Shown here piece by piece: positions 62,755 through 64,000 of a DNA stretch of 64,000 bases (positions within the stretch are counted from its first letter, which is position 1; each line of letters starts with the position of its first letter). The position numbers were made by a program, and so were the translations under genes. The notes under the pieces were generated by a model, which was not told the origin of the DNA, did not search any database, and saw only the letters and a program-made list of their open reading frames with translations. Location: NCBI GenBank assembly GCA_043228905.1, contig JBHGNT010000004.1, positions 7,006,001 through 7,070,000 on the forward strand. The letters run 5' to 3'. The stretch is from Azolla caroliniana (lineage: Eukaryota; Plantae; Polypodiophyta).

Positions 62755-64000
62755 ATGCACACACTCGAAAAAAGCGCCAGAATGCACAGACAAAAACCAC
62801 TGCGCGTAGAGACCCTCTACTTTCGCGAACCCAAGAGCACAGAAGCACCAAGACGCTGCAAGATCATCAGACGAGAACCTGCGCACAGAGAACCCCCGTC
62901 TTCTGAACTCTCTCTTTCTCAACCCCACTCTCATCACCATCCATCCTCGCCACCGCAATCCGACCCCGACACAGAAATGGACCCGCAAACGCTATCGGAA
63001 GCCGCCAAGACATGGCTGAAGCAACACGGGCTCGAGGGCTTCTTGATGATGATGGAAGTACCGCCACACAAAGAAGCTGACAAAGTGATCAAGGAAATCG
63101 ATACAGAGGTCATAACGGCAGAGGCGATTCGAGCGTTAACAGGCCTTCACGATCGACAATCCAACCCCGGAGCAACTCATCAGGTATTTTGGTGAGTACT
63201 CTCTAGCCAGCAAGGGCTACCGGACACAGGGCGGCGGAGATATGCTGTTCCGCGAAATTGCTCGTGTGCTCCATGAATACAGCCACGTGTACCCTAGACC
63301 CCCTGTCATGCCGCAGAACCGGGCATGGATGATCATCGCCACCTATGAAGGGATCAAGGTGGATTGGCCGGTATTGATCACAGACGGGTTGTGTGCGGCG
63401 ATCAAGATCGTCAGAGGCAAAGACGGCAAAGAAGGCCGAGACGGACGAAGGATATGGCACGCCGTAACGCAGTGGCTCACCTTGCTGGTGCCACCCGTTC
63501 AGACCGTCCAGCCCAAGAAGCGAGGAAGAGTGGCGGACGGCACCCCAAGGACGGCTTCCAAACGGCAACAGTTGTTGGCCTCTAAGGCCAGTAAGGGAAA
63601 GGCGGCGGATGCAGAACAGGCGGCAGCAGGAAGCGGCAGCCGGAAGCGCCCAACGGAGGCGCAGGAGGAACCACCGGCACGGCCCGTAAAGGTCACACTC
63701 CGCCGACTGGTGAATCGAGAAGTGGACCCCTTGGCGGCAAAACTCAATGCCGGAGCTCAGGAGGAGGAAATAGAGGAGGAGCCTACGGAGCACCTCCAGC
63801 GACGGTCATCGGCAAGGACCGTTGAGACAGCCGGGAAACGTTCGGACCCTCAGGCGGAGGGAACACCGACTCCCCATACTGAGACTCCCACGCCAAGGAA
63901 GGAACCGGAACCGGTGCAGATGGCACCGGAAACAGAAGCCCCGGCACCACCGGCAACACCGGCAAGTCCCATCTCACCAGAGCCGGAAAGGTCACTGTAG
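62755..64000 (+). CDS. Extra ORF region downstream of integrase (env-position ORF), disrupted and truncated by the window edge
   Basis: Sense ORFs 62755-63195 and 63242 to beyond 64000; hydrophobic block WMIIATYEGIKVDWPVLI followed by a basic and P/E-rich tail. Confidence 0.6.

Larger units (their letters stand above)
56327..64000 (+). mobile_element. Non-chromovirus Ty3/gypsy (Athila-like), running off the window; 5' LTR about 56327-56760
   Basis: TGTTA...TAACA termini; PBS TGGCGACCACG at 56768-56778 (tRNA-Arg-like, inferred); gag-PR-RT-RH-INT with no extra RNase H or chromodomain seen. Confidence 0.9.

Overview
Eukaryotic land-plant DNA, about 70% transposable element. The element mix suggests a non-seed plant such as a fern, but that is inference. 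Bases 1-22240 are one nested cluster of LTR retrotransposons: two young full-length Ty1/copia copies, several decayed ones, a solo LTR and a chromovirus 5' end, all inside one host copia. Three host genes follow: a small 3-exon uncharacterised gene (+), a 10-exon NEMP/PNET2-family nuclear-envelope gene (-) and an intronless BCS1-like AAA ATPase (-). The window also holds a hAT transposon with a captured PPR fragment, an orphan R2R3-MYB exon, an L1 LINE split by a chromovirus and a solo LTR, and an Athila-like gypsy element with an extra 3' ORF. Three structural signals stand out. (1) Chromovirus LTRs lack a tRNA primer site but show co-varying Tf1-like self-priming complementarity. (2) Four different LTR sequences carry tRNA-like A-box/B-box modules near one end. 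(3) Copia polypurine tracts sit in the loop of an inverted repeat whose sequence differs between families. Everything was read by eye, with no database searches or alignments.
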